The translations under genes were made by a program, and so were the position numbers. Positions 52,880 to 62,819 of a stretch of 64,000 bases of DNA are shown here, piece after piece. The stretch is taken from contig CAWECX010000008.1 of NCBI GenBank assembly GCA_963807805.1, forward strand, positions 110,978 to 174,977. Direction: 5' to 3'. Origin of the DNA: an uncultured Actinomycetota bacterium (GTDB lineage Bacteria; Actinomycetota; Actinomycetes; Actinomycetales; Micrococcaceae). Within the stretch, counting starts at the first letter, position 1; every line of letters starts with the position of its first letter. The notes beneath the pieces were generated by a model. That model had not been told where the DNA came from. It ran no database searches and saw only the letters and a list, made by a program, of their open reading frames with translations.

Positions 52880-53995
52880 TCAGACCAAAAAGGTCTGCCG
52901 GAGCGTGGCGCCAAGCTGGCCGATCTCGGTCAGGAAGCCGTCGTGGCCAATGGGCGCTTCGATGACGTGGACCTCAACGTCCCCCGGGAGGGCCTCCGCG
53001 AGCTCATGGGACTGGGCGGGAAAGTACAGCCGGTCCGTGTCCACTGCCGCTACGAAGAACTTCGCCGTTGCCTGTCCCAGTGCTTCAGGGAGTGGACCCC
53101 GCCCGCGGCAAATGTCATGGCTCATGAGGGCCTCGGTGATGGCGATGTAGCTGTTGGCGTCGAAGCGCTGGACGAGCTTGCTGCCCTGGTGGTCCAGGTA
53201 GCTCTCCACCTGGTAGCGGCCCCGCTCCCCCAGGGCCGCAGCCCGCAGCGGTGTTTCCGGGACCTGGGGCGACCTGCCGAAGCGCCCATCGAACTCCTGT
53301 GCCGACCTGTAGGTGATGTGGGCAATCCTGCGCGCCAGGGCCAGCCCGTCCGCGGGGAACGGACCGCCGTAGTAATCGCCGTCGTTGAAGTTTGCGTCCT
53401 GGCGGATGGCGAGGGTCTGGGCCTGGGCAAAGGCGATCTGCTCCGCCGTGCTGGCCGCACCGATGGAGATCACCGCACAGCGCTCCACCCTGTCCGGATA
53501 GGTGACAGCCCATTCCAGGGCCCGCGCTCCGCCCATGGAGCCGCCCAGCACCGCATACCAACTGCGGATTCCCAGCTGGTCCGCCAGCCTGGCCTCGGCA
53601 GCAGTGCTGTCGCGGAGGGTCACCAGCGGAAAGCGGGAACCCCAGGGCTTGCCGTCCGGGGCCGTGGAAGACGGCCCGGTGGAGCCGTAACAGCCGCCCA
53701 GGATGTTGATGGACACCACAAAGAACCTGTCGGTATCCACAGGCGCCCCGGGACCGGCCAGCTGCTCCCACCAGCCCGGCTCGTCGCTGTCGCCGCGGGT
53801 GACATGCGTGCTCCCTGTCAGGGCGTGCTCAATCAGGATCGCGTTGGAGCCATCCGCATTGAGCGTGCCCCACGTTTCATACGCCAGGGTGACGTCCGGC
53901 AGGAACCCGCCGGCTTCCAGCTCGAGCCCGCCGATGGCGGCATAGCGGACCACGCCATGCTCGGGTGCAGCTGTACGGGAGACAGTAATAGTCAT
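52880..53995 (-). CDS. metX: Homoserine O-acetyltransferase
   Basis: HALTG, NILGGCYGSTGP, GGSMGG, FDANSY, GHDGFL. Confidence 0.95.
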   Translation of the reverse strand: MTITVSRTAAPEHGVVRYAAIGGLELEAGGFLPDVTLAYETWGTLNADGSNAILIEHALTGSTHVTRGDSDEPGWWEQLAGPGAPVDTDRFFVVSINILGGCYGSTGPSSTAPDGKPWGSRFPLVTLRDSTAAEARLADQLGIRSWYAVLGGSMGGARALEWAVTYPDRVERCAVISIGAASTAEQIAFAQAQTLAIRQDANFNDGDYYGGPFPADGLALARRIAHITYRSAQEFDGRFGRSPQVPETPLRAAALGERGRYQVESYLDHQGSKLVQRFDANSYIAITEALMSHDICRGRGPLPEALGQATAKFFVAAVDTDRLYFPAQSHELAEALPGDVEVHVIEAPIGHDGFLTEIGQLGATLRQTFLV

Positions 53996-54011
53996 GATGG
54001 AGACCTCTTCT

Positions 54012-54124
54012 ACGCGCTTGCCTACCGTCAGGCGACCGGCAGGCCAGGTCTTCACCCGGGGCACCCCGCCGCGAAAGGAGGGTTGCCGGCCAGCAAGCCG
54101 GGGCTGTCGCTGGCACTCATGACC
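54012..54124 (-). ncRNA. SAM-IV riboswitch upstream of metX
   Basis: GGTCATGAGTGCCAGC...CCCCGGCTTGCTGGCCGGCAACCCTCC...GCGGCGGGGTGCCCCGGGTGAAGACC...GCAAGCGCG; TACACT -10 7 nt upstream. Confidence 0.92.
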
Positions 54125-54251
54125 TTCCATGAGTGTACGAAACAGGCGCTGCCCTTGGCTAAGAGTGTGACTGGTTTGTGACTTCCCGTGGCGGATCCGG
54201 TCCGGGCGGTCCGGTCCGGGCGGGCGCGGGGTGCCGGCCCGGACCAGCCTC

Positions 54252-55571
54252 CTAGAGCGCCGCCTTGGCTGCCCGGAACCCCGCCTCAAGGTCAGCGATG
54301 ATGTCGTCGATGTGCTCCAGGCCAACGGAGAGGCGCACCAGGCCAGGCGTGACACCGGCGATGGCCTGCTGGTCCGCGGACAGTTGGCTGTGCGTGGTGG
54401 ACGCCGGGTGGATCACCAGGGACCGCACATCACCGATGTTCGCAACATGCGAATGGAGTTCGAGCGCATCCACAAACCGCTTTCCCGCCTCCGCGCCGCC
54501 GGCGAGGGTAAACGCTACGACGGCGCCGGTCCCCTTGGGACCGTACCTGCGGCCGCGCTCATACCAAGGGCTTGACGCCAGCCCGGCATAGGCGACCGAT
54601 TCGACGTCGTCACGCGCCTCAAGCCAATTCGCCACGGCGGTTGCGTTCGCAACATGCCGTTCGACGCGCAGGCTGAGCGTTTCCAGGCCCTGGGCAATCA
54701 GGAAGGCGTTGAACGGTGAGACAGCGGAGCCGAGGTCCCGGAGCAGCTGGACCCGGGCCTTGAGGATGTAGGAGAGGTTGGCGCCGAGGGCTCCGCCGGC
54801 GCCGAGGTCGCGGGCGTAGACCAGTCCGTTGTAGGTGGGGTCGGGGGTGTTGAACCCCGGATAACGGTCCGGGTCCTTTCCGAAGTCGAAATTGCCCGAG
54901 TCCACAATCACGCCGGCAATAGCCGAGCCGTGCCCTCCCAGGTATTTGGTGGCGGAGTGGACCACAATGTCGGCGCCCCATTCCAGCGGGCGGATGAGGT
55001 ACGGCGTGGACAGCGTGTTGTCCACCACCAGCGGGACGCCCGCCTCGTGGGCTGTGCGGGAAACACCCTCGATGTCCAGGACGTCCTGGCGCGGGTTGGA
55101 GACCACCTCGGCGAAGAAGAGTTTGGTGTTGGGCCGCACGGCGTCACGCCATTGGTCCAGGTTGTCCGGATCCTCGACGAACGTGACCGAGATGCCGAAC
55201 TTCTTCAGCGTGTGGGCGAGCAGGTTGTATGTTCCCCCATACAGGCTGGGACTGGCCACCACGTGGTCCCCCGCCTCGGCGATGTTGAGGATAGCGAAGG
55301 TTTCGGCGGCCTGGCCCGAGCTGAGCAGCAGCGCCGCCAACCCGCCCTCGAGGCTGGCGATCCGCTGCTCCACCGCATCCTGGGTGGGATTTCCTATCCG
55401 CGTGTAGATCGGCGCGAGTTCAGCGAGGGCAAAGCGGTTGGCTGCGCTCTCGGCGCTGGGGAAGACGAACGACGTCGTCTGGTAGATAGGCAGCGCCCGC
55501 GCCCCAGTGGCGCTGTCCGGCTCCTGCCCGGCATGGATCTGGCGGGTTTCAAACGACCATCCGTTGGACAA
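54252..55571 (-). CDS. metY: O-acetylhomoserine/O-acetylserine sulfhydrylase
   Basis: FETRQIHAG, PIYQTTSF, YTRIGNPT, HSATKYLGGHG (PLP Lys), HPASTTHSQL; AAGGAG SD before TTG. Confidence 0.95.
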   Translation of the reverse strand: MSNGWSFETRQIHAGQEPDSATGARALPIYQTTSFVFPSAESAANRFALAELAPIYTRIGNPTQDAVEQRIASLEGGLAALLLSSGQAAETFAILNIAEAGDHVVASPSLYGGTYNLLAHTLKKFGISVTFVEDPDNLDQWRDAVRPNTKLFFAEVVSNPRQDVLDIEGVSRTAHEAGVPLVVDNTLSTPYLIRPLEWGADIVVHSATKYLGGHGSAIAGVIVDSGNFDFGKDPDRYPGFNTPDPTYNGLVYARDLGAGGALGANLSYILKARVQLLRDLGSAVSPFNAFLIAQGLETLSLRVERHVANATAVANWLEARDDVESVAYAGLASSPWYERGRRYGPKGTGAVVAFTLAGGAEAGKRFVDALELHSHVANIGDVRSLVIHPASTTHSQLSADQQAIAGVTPGLVRLSVGLEHIDDIIADLEAGFRAAKAAL

Positions 55572-55617
55572 TTGCGGCTCCTTTGACCTGGGCCCGGCAT
55601 GCTGGGAGCACTCCGGG

Positions 55618-55731
55618 CCGCGCTTGCCGTCCGGCTTCTGCCGGTCAGCCTGGTCTTCACCCGGGGCACCCCGCCGCGGAAGGAGGGTTGCCGGCCAGCG
55701 AGCCGGGGCTTTGGTGCTGGCACTCATGACC
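55618..55731 (-). ncRNA. SAM-IV riboswitch upstream of metY
   Basis: Core nearly identical to 54012..54124; TACACT -10 7 nt upstream. Confidence 0.92.
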
Positions 55732-55903
55732 TGCGTTCAGTGTAGGAAGCCTCCGGCAGCCCGCAACAGCATTGTGACGAACAAGGTCAGGCGGGGGTTC
55801 CGTGAGAGTGCCGTGGACCCCGATGTCCACTCGTGACCAGCCCCTCAAGCCAGTAAGGCTACCCTTAGCTGAGAGCCCGATCACAAAGTGCCAAGATGAT
55901 GGC

Positions 55904-56542
55904 ATGCGCATGGATCACGTCTCTTACGCCTGTGAACAGGATGGCCTGGCTGCCACCACCGAACGTATTTCGTCCGCCCTCGGCGTCGAAGCCGTGAAGG
56001 GTGGAGTGCACCCCCGTTTCGGAACCCGGAACATGATCATCCCCCTCGCGGGCCACAAGTACCTGGAAGTCGTCGAGGTGCTGGACCACCCGGCGTCGGA
56101 CAAGGCACCGTTCGGCCAGGCCGTCCGTGCACGGTCCGCCGCTGGTGGCGGCTGGATGGGCTGGTGCGTCGAAGTGGACGACCTCGCCCCGTTCGAACAG
56201 CGCCTGGGCCGTTCGGCCGTCAAAGGCAACCGCAAGTTTCCCGACGGCCGCGAACTCGTATGGCAGCAGATCGGCATCCTCGGCCTGATCGCGGACCCGC
56301 AGGTCCCGTACATGCTCAAGTGGGAAGGCGATCCCGTCCTTCACCCGTCCAATGCCTATGAGAGCAACGTCAAGATGTCCTGCCTGACCATTGCAGGTTC
56401 CGCCGCACGCGTGACCGAGTGGCTGGGCGAACCGGTGGAGAAGCCGCTCGAGGACGTCGCAGTTGACTGGGTGGCGCCCCACGGGACCCCCGGAATCCTA
56501 TCGGTCACGTTTGAAACCGCCACCGGAGCAGTCACCATCTGA
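55904..56542 (+). CDS. VOC/glyoxalase-like protein
   Basis: MRMDHVSY, GGVHPRFGTRN, YLEVV. Confidence 0.87.
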   Translation: MRMDHVSYACEQDGLAATTERISSALGVEAVKGGVHPRFGTRNMIIPLAGHKYLEVVEVLDHPASDKAPFGQAVRARSAAGGGWMGWCVEVDDLAPFEQRLGRSAVKGNRKFPDGRELVWQQIGILGLIADPQVPYMLKWEGDPVLHPSNAYESNVKMSCLTIAGSAARVTEWLGEPVEKPLEDVAVDWVAPHGTPGILSVTFETATGAVTI

Positions 56543-56626
56543 TTGCGCTGGCGAACACTTCGGCCGCCATCAGCGGGTGCCAACGATGCCACTCACCGAT
56601 AGTGGCCGAATTTTTTTCCCCCGGGA

Positions 56627-57403
56627 CTACCCCAGGCCAACGGCCTTGCCAAACAGGCTGAACCCCACGAAGGCCACGATGTCCAGGAGTGCATGCGCCA
56701 CCACCAGGGGCATCACCCGCCGCGTCCTGGTGTAGAGCCAGGCGAAGACCACCCCCATCACGGCGTTCCCGATGAAGGGTCCGAATCCCTGGTAGAGGTG
56801 GTAGCTGCCGCGCAGCATGGAACTAAGGAAGATCGCCAGCGGCATGCTCCAGCCGAACTTACCGAAGCGGTCCAGCAGATAACCCACCACGATCACTTCC
56901 TCCACGACGGCATGCCGCACGGCGGAGAGTACCAGGACGGGAACGGTCCACCAGTAGGAGTCCAGTGCACTGGGGATGATGGCGGTGGTGATCCCCAGGG
57001 CCCTGCCCGCAGCGTAAAGGCCCAGGGACGGAATGCCAATCAACGCTGCGAGGCCTGCTCCCTGCAGCAGGTCACGGCCCGGCCGGGCGAAGTCGAAGCC
57101 GAGCTTGCGGAACGCCGATCGGCCGTCCTGTACTCCCGGCGGGGACTGCCGCTGGTCTGTGAGGAAGTAGATGACCAGAAGCACCGGGACCAGGGCAAAA
57201 ATGATGTCGAGCAGCTGGTAGGTGAGGTCAAAATACTCGCGGCTGCTCTGTGAGCGGTTGAGGGTGGATGTGCCTTCGGCCAGAGGAGCCCGTGTCATCT
57301 TGTCCAGGAGTTGCACCACCGAGTACACCGCGGACTGTCCCAGGGACAGACCCAGCACAATCCAGACTTCTAGCCGCAGCCGACGGCGGGAGGGAACCAA
57401 CAT
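56627..57403 (-). CDS. CPBP (CAAX/Abi) intramembrane metalloprotease
   Basis: EEVIVVG, SYHLYQG, HALLD motifs; multiple TM helices. Confidence 0.88.
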   Translation of the reverse strand: MLVPSRRRLRLEVWIVLGLSLGQSAVYSVVQLLDKMTRAPLAEGTSTLNRSQSSREYFDLTYQLLDIIFALVPVLLVIYFLTDQRQSPPGVQDGRSAFRKLGFDFARPGRDLLQGAGLAALIGIPSLGLYAAGRALGITTAIIPSALDSYWWTVPVLVLSAVRHAVVEEVIVVGYLLDRFGKFGWSMPLAIFLSSMLRGSYHLYQGFGPFIGNAVMGVVFAWLYTRTRRVMPLVVAHALLDIVAFVGFSLFGKAVGLG

Positions 57404-57458
57404 GGTTCCATCTTGCCTGTTGTAGCTGGTTCTTTACTGGACATGTGCCCGTGCTGCT

Positions 57459-57570
57459 GAGAGAGCGATGGCCGAAAACCTGCGGGGAGTGGGAGAGCGT
57501 TGGTCCGAAATCCGCGGGAAGTGGAAGAGGGTTGGCCCGAAACCTGCGGGAAGGGAGAGAGCGTCGGGAA
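57459..57570. repeat. Imperfect ~32-bp tandem repeat, about 3.4 copies
   Basis: Units GAGAGCGATGGCCGAAAACCTGCGGGGAGTGG / GAGAGCGTTGGTCCGAAATCCGCGGGAAGTGG / AAGAGGGTTGGCCCGAAACCTGCGGGAAGGGA / GAGAGCGTCGG. Confidence 0.8.
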
Positions 57571-57625
57571 GTACCGGGCCGGGAGTACGGGGAGCGCGCC
57601 GGAAACAACCCTATGCTTGGGGCTT

Positions 57626-58306
57626 ATGAGCGCGCCAGGGAAAATCATCATGATCCGGCACGGCCAGTCCGCGGCCAATGCGGATACGTCCATCTACAAC
57701 CGGGTCCCCGATTACCGGATTCCCCTGACGGCCCTCGGCGTGGAACAGGCCAGGGCGGCCGGCGAAAAGATCCGCAGGGAACTGGACGGCCGCCAGGTCT
57801 GCGTGTACGTCTCGCCGTACCTGCGCGCGCACCAGACCCTGGAGGCCCTCAACCTGGGCAGCCTCACCGAACGGGTGATCGAGGAACCCCGGCTGCGGGA
57901 GCAGGACTGGGCCAACTTCCAGATCAGCGGCGATATTGAAGACCAGAAGGAGCTCCGCAATGCCTACGGGCACTTCTTCTACCGGTTCCGGGAAGGCGAA
58001 TCCGGCTCGGACGTCTACGACCGGATCTCCTCGTTCATGGAGACCCTCTACCGCCACTGGTCCAAGCCTGACTACGCGCCGAACACCTTGCTGGTGACGC
58101 ACGGCCTGACGATGCGGCTGTTCTGCATGCGCTGGTTCCACTGGTCAGTGGAGTACTTCGAGTCCCTCAACAACCCGGACAATGCCGATGTCCGGACCCT
58201 GGTGCGCACTGACCTGGACAAATACGAACTGGATGTTCCGTTCAGCCAGTGGGTGGAGCGCCGGGTTGACGAGACGGTGCTGGACGCACCGCCGATGGTG
58301 TTCTAG
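57626..58306 (+). CDS. Histidine phosphatase (phosphoglycerate mutase family)
   Basis: IRHGQS, SPYLRA, LREQDW, GESGSDV, VTHG. Confidence 0.92.
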   Translation: MSAPGKIIMIRHGQSAANADTSIYNRVPDYRIPLTALGVEQARAAGEKIRRELDGRQVCVYVSPYLRAHQTLEALNLGSLTERVIEEPRLREQDWANFQISGDIEDQKELRNAYGHFFYRFREGESGSDVYDRISSFMETLYRHWSKPDYAPNTLLVTHGLTMRLFCMRWFHWSVEYFESLNNPDNADVRTLVRTDLDKYELDVPFSQWVERRVDETVLDAPPMVF

Positions 58307-59094
58307 CCGTGTGGCGCCACGATCACTTCGGTGCCCCTGGCTTCGAACGCCGCCTTGTCCTCCGCAGAGATTCCGGCGTCCGTGATCAGGCGGGTGAAGT
58401 CGTAGCCGTCCATCGTGGCGAAAGCCCGGACGCCCACCTTGGACGAATCCGCCAGCACGTATGACACCCGCGCCCTGCTGGCCAGCAGCGCATTGACTGA
58501 GGCTTCCCCTTCGCCGGTATTGGTGGGACCAACCTCCGGATCGATGCCGTTCACGCCGATGAACGCGATATCCAGGACCACCTTCTGCATGATGATGTCC
58601 GTGTACGGCCCGACCAGCTCATAGGAGCGGGGATTCAAAATGCCGCCGGTCACCATGACCTTGATGTTGGGCCGCACGGCCAGCTGCGAGGCGATGTTGA
58701 TGGCGTTGGTGACCACCGTCAGCGTGGGCTGGTTGGCGGGGGCGTTGAGGTCCTCACGGGTTGCCAGGATCTGGGCCAGGGCGGTACTGGTGGTGCCGCC
58801 GCAGAGGCCGATCACCGCTCCGGGCCTGATCAGCGCCGAAGCAGCCTGGGCAATGTCCTCTTTGGCCTCGGCGTGGTCATCGCGGTTGTACCGGCCGGGA
58901 AGGTCGTAGGCCAACGCTCCCGTGGTGGCGCCGCCCCTGGTCCGCGTCAGCAGCCGCCGCTTGGCCAGGCTGTCCAGGTCCCTGCGGGCTGTGGCAGGAG
59001 AAACCGACAGCTGGGAGACGATTTCCTCCACCTCCACCTGGCCGGTTTTGGCGAGGATATCGAGGATGGCCGTCAGGCGGTCGGTGCGGGTCAT
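58303..59094 (-). CDS. DeoR/GlpR-family regulator
   Basis: VSPATARRDL HTH, RTRGGA, GGTT, VVTNAINIA, ADSSK. Confidence 0.93.
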   Translation of the reverse strand: MTRTDRLTAILDILAKTGQVEVEEIVSQLSVSPATARRDLDSLAKRRLLTRTRGGATTGALAYDLPGRYNRDDHAEAKEDIAQAASALIRPGAVIGLCGGTTSTALAQILATREDLNAPANQPTLTVVTNAINIASQLAVRPNIKVMVTGGILNPRSYELVGPYTDIIMQKVVLDIAFIGVNGIDPEVGPTNTGEGEASVNALLASRARVSYVLADSSKVGVRAFATMDGYDFTRLITDAGISAEDKAAFEARGTEVIVAPHG

Positions 59095-59188
59095 GGGGGC
59101 CTCTCAGGTCAAACAGTCACCGGATAATGACGCTTGGTGATCATAACAGGCCGAAACAATCACTCCGCAATCACGTGTGCGGTGCCGG

Positions 59189-60400
59189 TCAGTGTGACCG
59201 TGCACCTGCCCGCCACACCGCGTACGTGAGCGGCATGCCCGGCCGGTAGGCGAGGTGGGTCGCTGATGGTGCGTTGAGCATGTGCAGGTCGGCCCGGTGT
59301 CCGACGGCGAGGGAGCCCACCGCACGCCGGCCATCGGCGTCGCTCCCCGTGTCCCGGTGCAGCGCCAGCGCGCCGCCGTAGGTGGCAGCACGGACGGCCT
59401 CGTGGACACTGAGGCGCATCTGCAGCACAGCGGTGGCCACGCAGAAGGCCATGGAGCTGGTGTAGGACGTACCCGGGTTGCAGTTCGAGGCCAGGGCGAG
59501 CTGGACCCCGGCATCCAGCAGGTCACGTCCCGGGGCCAGCGGCTGCCGGGTGGACAGGTCACACGCTGGAAGGCAGGTGGCGACGGTTCCCCGGACACCG
59601 GTTCCGGTGGCGGGGTCCCAGGACTTCCAGCTCTCCGCGAGCGCCGCCACATCCTGGCCGGACAGATAGTTCACATGGTCCACGCTCGCCGCGCCGAGGT
59701 CCACCGCCAACTGCACCCCGGGCCCCTCGCCCAGCTGGTTCCCGTGAACACGGATCCCGAGGCCTGCGTCGCGGCAGGCTTCCAGCACGCGGCGGGACTG
59801 CGCGGCGGTGAAGGCCCCTTCCTCGCAGAACACGTCCGCCCAGCGGACGTAGGGCCGGACAGCATCGAGCATCGGCCCGCACACCAGGTCGGTGTAGGCA
59901 TCGGCGTCGGATCCCGCGGGTACCAGGTGGGCACCGAGGTAGGTGACCTCATCTGCCACGGTGGAGGCGATCCTGGCGCTCCTGGCTTCGTGCTCAAGAT
60001 CCAGGCCGTACCCTGTTTTGGTCTCCAGGTACGTGGTGCCCTGCGATACGGCCTCGGAGACCCGCGCCATCGCCAGCCTGGTCAGGTCGAAATCGGAGGT
60101 CCGGCGGGTGGCGTCCACGGATACCGCGATGCCGCCGGCCGAATAAGGCTCCCCCGCCATCCGGGCCTCAAACTCGGCGGTGCGGTCCCCGGCGAACACC
60201 AGGTGCGTGTGCGAGTCCACCCAGCCGGGCAGGACGGCGCGGCCGCCGGCGTCCACGGTGTCATCCGCCGCCGGCGCGGACGCTGCCGGGCCAAGCCAGG
60301 CGATCCGCTCGCCGTCGATCACCACTGCGGCGTCCTTCAGGACCCGGTGCTCCAGGTCCTGGGTCATCAGCTCGGCAATATTGGTGATCAGGGTGCTCAT
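59189..60400 (-). CDS. hutI: Imidazolonepropionase
   Basis: PGWVDSHTHLVFAGDR, ETKTGYGL, DVFCEEGAF, ASVDH, NPGTS. Confidence 0.85.
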   Translation of the reverse strand: MSTLITNIAELMTQDLEHRVLKDAAVVIDGERIAWLGPAASAPAADDTVDAGGRAVLPGWVDSHTHLVFAGDRTAEFEARMAGEPYSAGGIAVSVDATRRTSDFDLTRLAMARVSEAVSQGTTYLETKTGYGLDLEHEARSARIASTVADEVTYLGAHLVPAGSDADAYTDLVCGPMLDAVRPYVRWADVFCEEGAFTAAQSRRVLEACRDAGLGIRVHGNQLGEGPGVQLAVDLGAASVDHVNYLSGQDVAALAESWKSWDPATGTGVRGTVATCLPACDLSTRQPLAPGRDLLDAGVQLALASNCNPGTSYTSSMAFCVATAVLQMRLSVHEAVRAATYGGALALHRDTGSDADGRRAVGSLAVGHRADLHMLNAPSATHLAYRPGMPLTYAVWRAGARSH

Positions 60401-60411
60401 GACACCATTCT

Positions 60412-61527
60412 TCAGCGCCGGATGGACCAGCGCGTGGCTGCCAGCGCCTCAGCCGTCCGGGATTCCGGATTGCCCGCGGCGTTGCCCAGGCCTGCACCGT
60501 GCCCGGCAAGGATCTGTGCTGCCGCCAGCTCCGCCATGGCGGCGGAGGTCTGGAACCCGTAACCGCCCTGTCCGGCGAGCCAGTAGAAGCCGGTAGCCTC
60601 TGCATCGAAGCCGGCCACCGGAACGCCATCGGCCGCCTCGGTCCGCAGGCCGGTCCAGGCACTGCGGACATTCCTGATCCCCAAGGTTGTCACCTCGTTG
60701 AGCCGGGCGGCGAGGCGGTCAAGGTCGCCGGGCCGGGGCCGGGCGTCCTCCGGACCGCTGGGGACCGATTCCGACGGCGAGATCAGCACCCCCGTGCCTT
60801 CGCGGCGGAAATAGAACGTGTTGTCCGCTGCCGCCACCATGGGGCTGCCCTCCGGAAGGGGACGTTCGACGTCGACAATCGCCGCGGTGCGCCGGTACGG
60901 CTGCAGCCCGAGCTTCTCCACGCCGCTGATGACGGCGAGCTCGTCCGCCCAGGCGCCGGCCGCATTGACCATGACGCCGGCCTGGAAGGCCTCCTGCCCG
61001 GCACCGATTTCCCACCCGGACCCCAGCCGCTGTGCCGAATGCACCCGGGCGCCGGTGATGATGTCCGCCCCGGCGGCTTCCGCCCGCTGCCGGTGGTCCT
61101 CGAGCAGGAGCGGGGCGTCGCAGCCGAAGGACCCGGTGTCCAGGCCCGCCGCCGCGAAGGAGCCCGGCACCAGGGCCGGACACAGTTCGAGGGCCTTCTC
61201 GACTGAGATGGGCTGCATCAGTCCACTGGCTTCAGCGCGGACAGACTCCTCCGTCCCGATGAGCATGAAGCTCCGCGGCGACAGGACGGGCTGCGGCAGG
61301 TCCGCGTCCCTGGCTGCCAGCAGTCCGAGGGTCCGGACGGTCAGCTCCTGGACCACCGCAGGACCATAGCTGGGGATCAGTTGCCGGGCGGAGCGGGAGG
61401 ACGTGTGGTATCCGAGCTCCTGCTCGGCTTCCACCAGGGCCACACTGCACGTGCCGGCGAGCGCCGACGCCAGCGACAGGCCGGCGATGCCGCCGCCGAC
61501 AATCAGGACATCATAGTGAGCAGCCAT
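60412..61527 (-). CDS. FAD-dependent oxidoreductase (DAO family)
   Basis: DVLIVGGGIAG, SSRSA, VNAAGAWA, WTGLR, GQGGYGFQTS. Confidence 0.9.
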   Translation of the reverse strand: MAAHYDVLIVGGGIAGLSLASALAGTCSVALVEAEQELGYHTSSRSARQLIPSYGPAVVQELTVRTLGLLAARDADLPQPVLSPRSFMLIGTEESVRAEASGLMQPISVEKALELCPALVPGSFAAAGLDTGSFGCDAPLLLEDHRQRAEAAGADIITGARVHSAQRLGSGWEIGAGQEAFQAGVMVNAAGAWADELAVISGVEKLGLQPYRRTAAIVDVERPLPEGSPMVAAADNTFYFRREGTGVLISPSESVPSGPEDARPRPGDLDRLAARLNEVTTLGIRNVRSAWTGLRTEAADGVPVAGFDAEATGFYWLAGQGGYGFQTSAAMAELAAAQILAGHGAGLGNAAGNPESRTAEALAATRWSIRR

Positions 61528-61613
61528 GGCTCCATCCTTGCAGAGTTGCCGGCCGGCCGCGCCGGTTCCTGGCCAGTCGTTGCATGATCCGGCATGTCCT
61601 TGTACGGCTCGGG

Positions 61614-62811
61614 TCAGCCTGCTACCGCGGCGCGGCTGGCGACGAATGCGCCCACGCACGCTTCGACGTCGTCCGCTGAGTGTGAGGCGGAAAGCTGCAC
61701 CCGGATCCGGGCGGCACCGCGGGGCACCACCGGGAAGCTGAACGCCGTGACGAAGACGCCGTGCTGCAGCATCTGGTCGGCCACCTTGGCGGCCATCACG
61801 GCGTCCCCGAACATCACGGGGACGATCGCGTGTTCACCGTCCAGGAGTTCGAAGCCCTCCTCCGTCATCCGGCGGCGGAACAGCCGGGCGTTCTCGAAGA
61901 GCTGGGTTCGGAGGTCCGCCGGAATTCTCCACCAGGTCAAGGGCCTTGATGGTGGCGGCAACGATGGCCGGGGCCAGGGAATTGGAGAACAGGTACGGGC
62001 GTGCTTTCTGGCGGAGCATGGCCACCACTTCGCTGCGGCCGGAGACGTAGCCGCCGGACGCGCCGCCGAGGGCCTTGCCGAACGTTCCGGTGTAGATGTC
62101 CACGCGGGAGGACACGCCTGCATGTTCGGGGGTTCCGGCCCCGGTGGCGCCCATGAACCCGACGGCGTGGGAGTCATCCACCATCACCAGGGCGTCGTGC
62201 TTCTCGGCGAGGTCGCAGATGGCCTCCAGCGGCGCGAGGTAGCCGTCCATGGAGAACACGCCGTCGGTGACGATGATCTTGCGGCGGGCATCCTTGGCTT
62301 CGACCAGCTTGGCCTCGAGGTCCGCCATGTTCTGGTTGGCGTAGCGGAACCGCTGGGCCTTGCAGAGGCGGATGCCGTCGATGATGGAGGCGTGGTTGAG
62401 GGCGTCAGAGATGATGGCGTCCTCGGGTCCGAAGAGGGATTCGAAGACCCCGCCGTTGGCGTCGAAGCAGCTGGAGAAGAGGATGGTGTCCTCAGTGCCC
62501 AGGAACTTCGATACCCGGGCCTCGAGCTCCAGGTGCAGGTCCTGGGTGCCGCAGATGAACCGCACGCTGGCCATGCCGAAGCCGCGGGAATCCATGGCGG
62601 ATTTCGCGGCCGCGATGATGTCCGGGTGGTCGGCCAGCCCGAGGTAGTTGTTGGCGCAGAAGTTCAGGACGGTGGAGCCCGGCTGGCCGATCTGCCCGGC
62701 GGTGACGTGGCTGGACTGGGGGGAGTTGATGCTCCGTTCGGTCTTGAAGAGCCCCGCGGTGCGGATGTCGTCCAGCTCTGACTGCAGCTGGTCCTTGATG
62801 GAGGTGTACAT
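61614..62811 (-). CDS. kbl: Glycine C-acetyltransferase (2-amino-3-ketobutyrate CoA ligase); frameshift near 61918
   Basis: [41 protein letters not shown]. Confidence 0.93.
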
Positions 62812-62819
62812 GGTGCTCC

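Noticed and set aside
54190-54245. Short CCGGTCCGGGCGG duplications between metY and the metX promoter
   Set aside because: Low-complexity GC repeat, probably a weak hairpin; too short to support a distinct element
53996-55727. N-terminal extensions of MetX and MetY reading through the riboswitches
   Set aside because: Open frames are expected by chance at this GC content; the two copies are open in different frames and plausible starts lie downstream
57459-57570. CRISPR array
   Set aside because: Repeats are contiguous and degenerate, with no unique spacers and no cas genes
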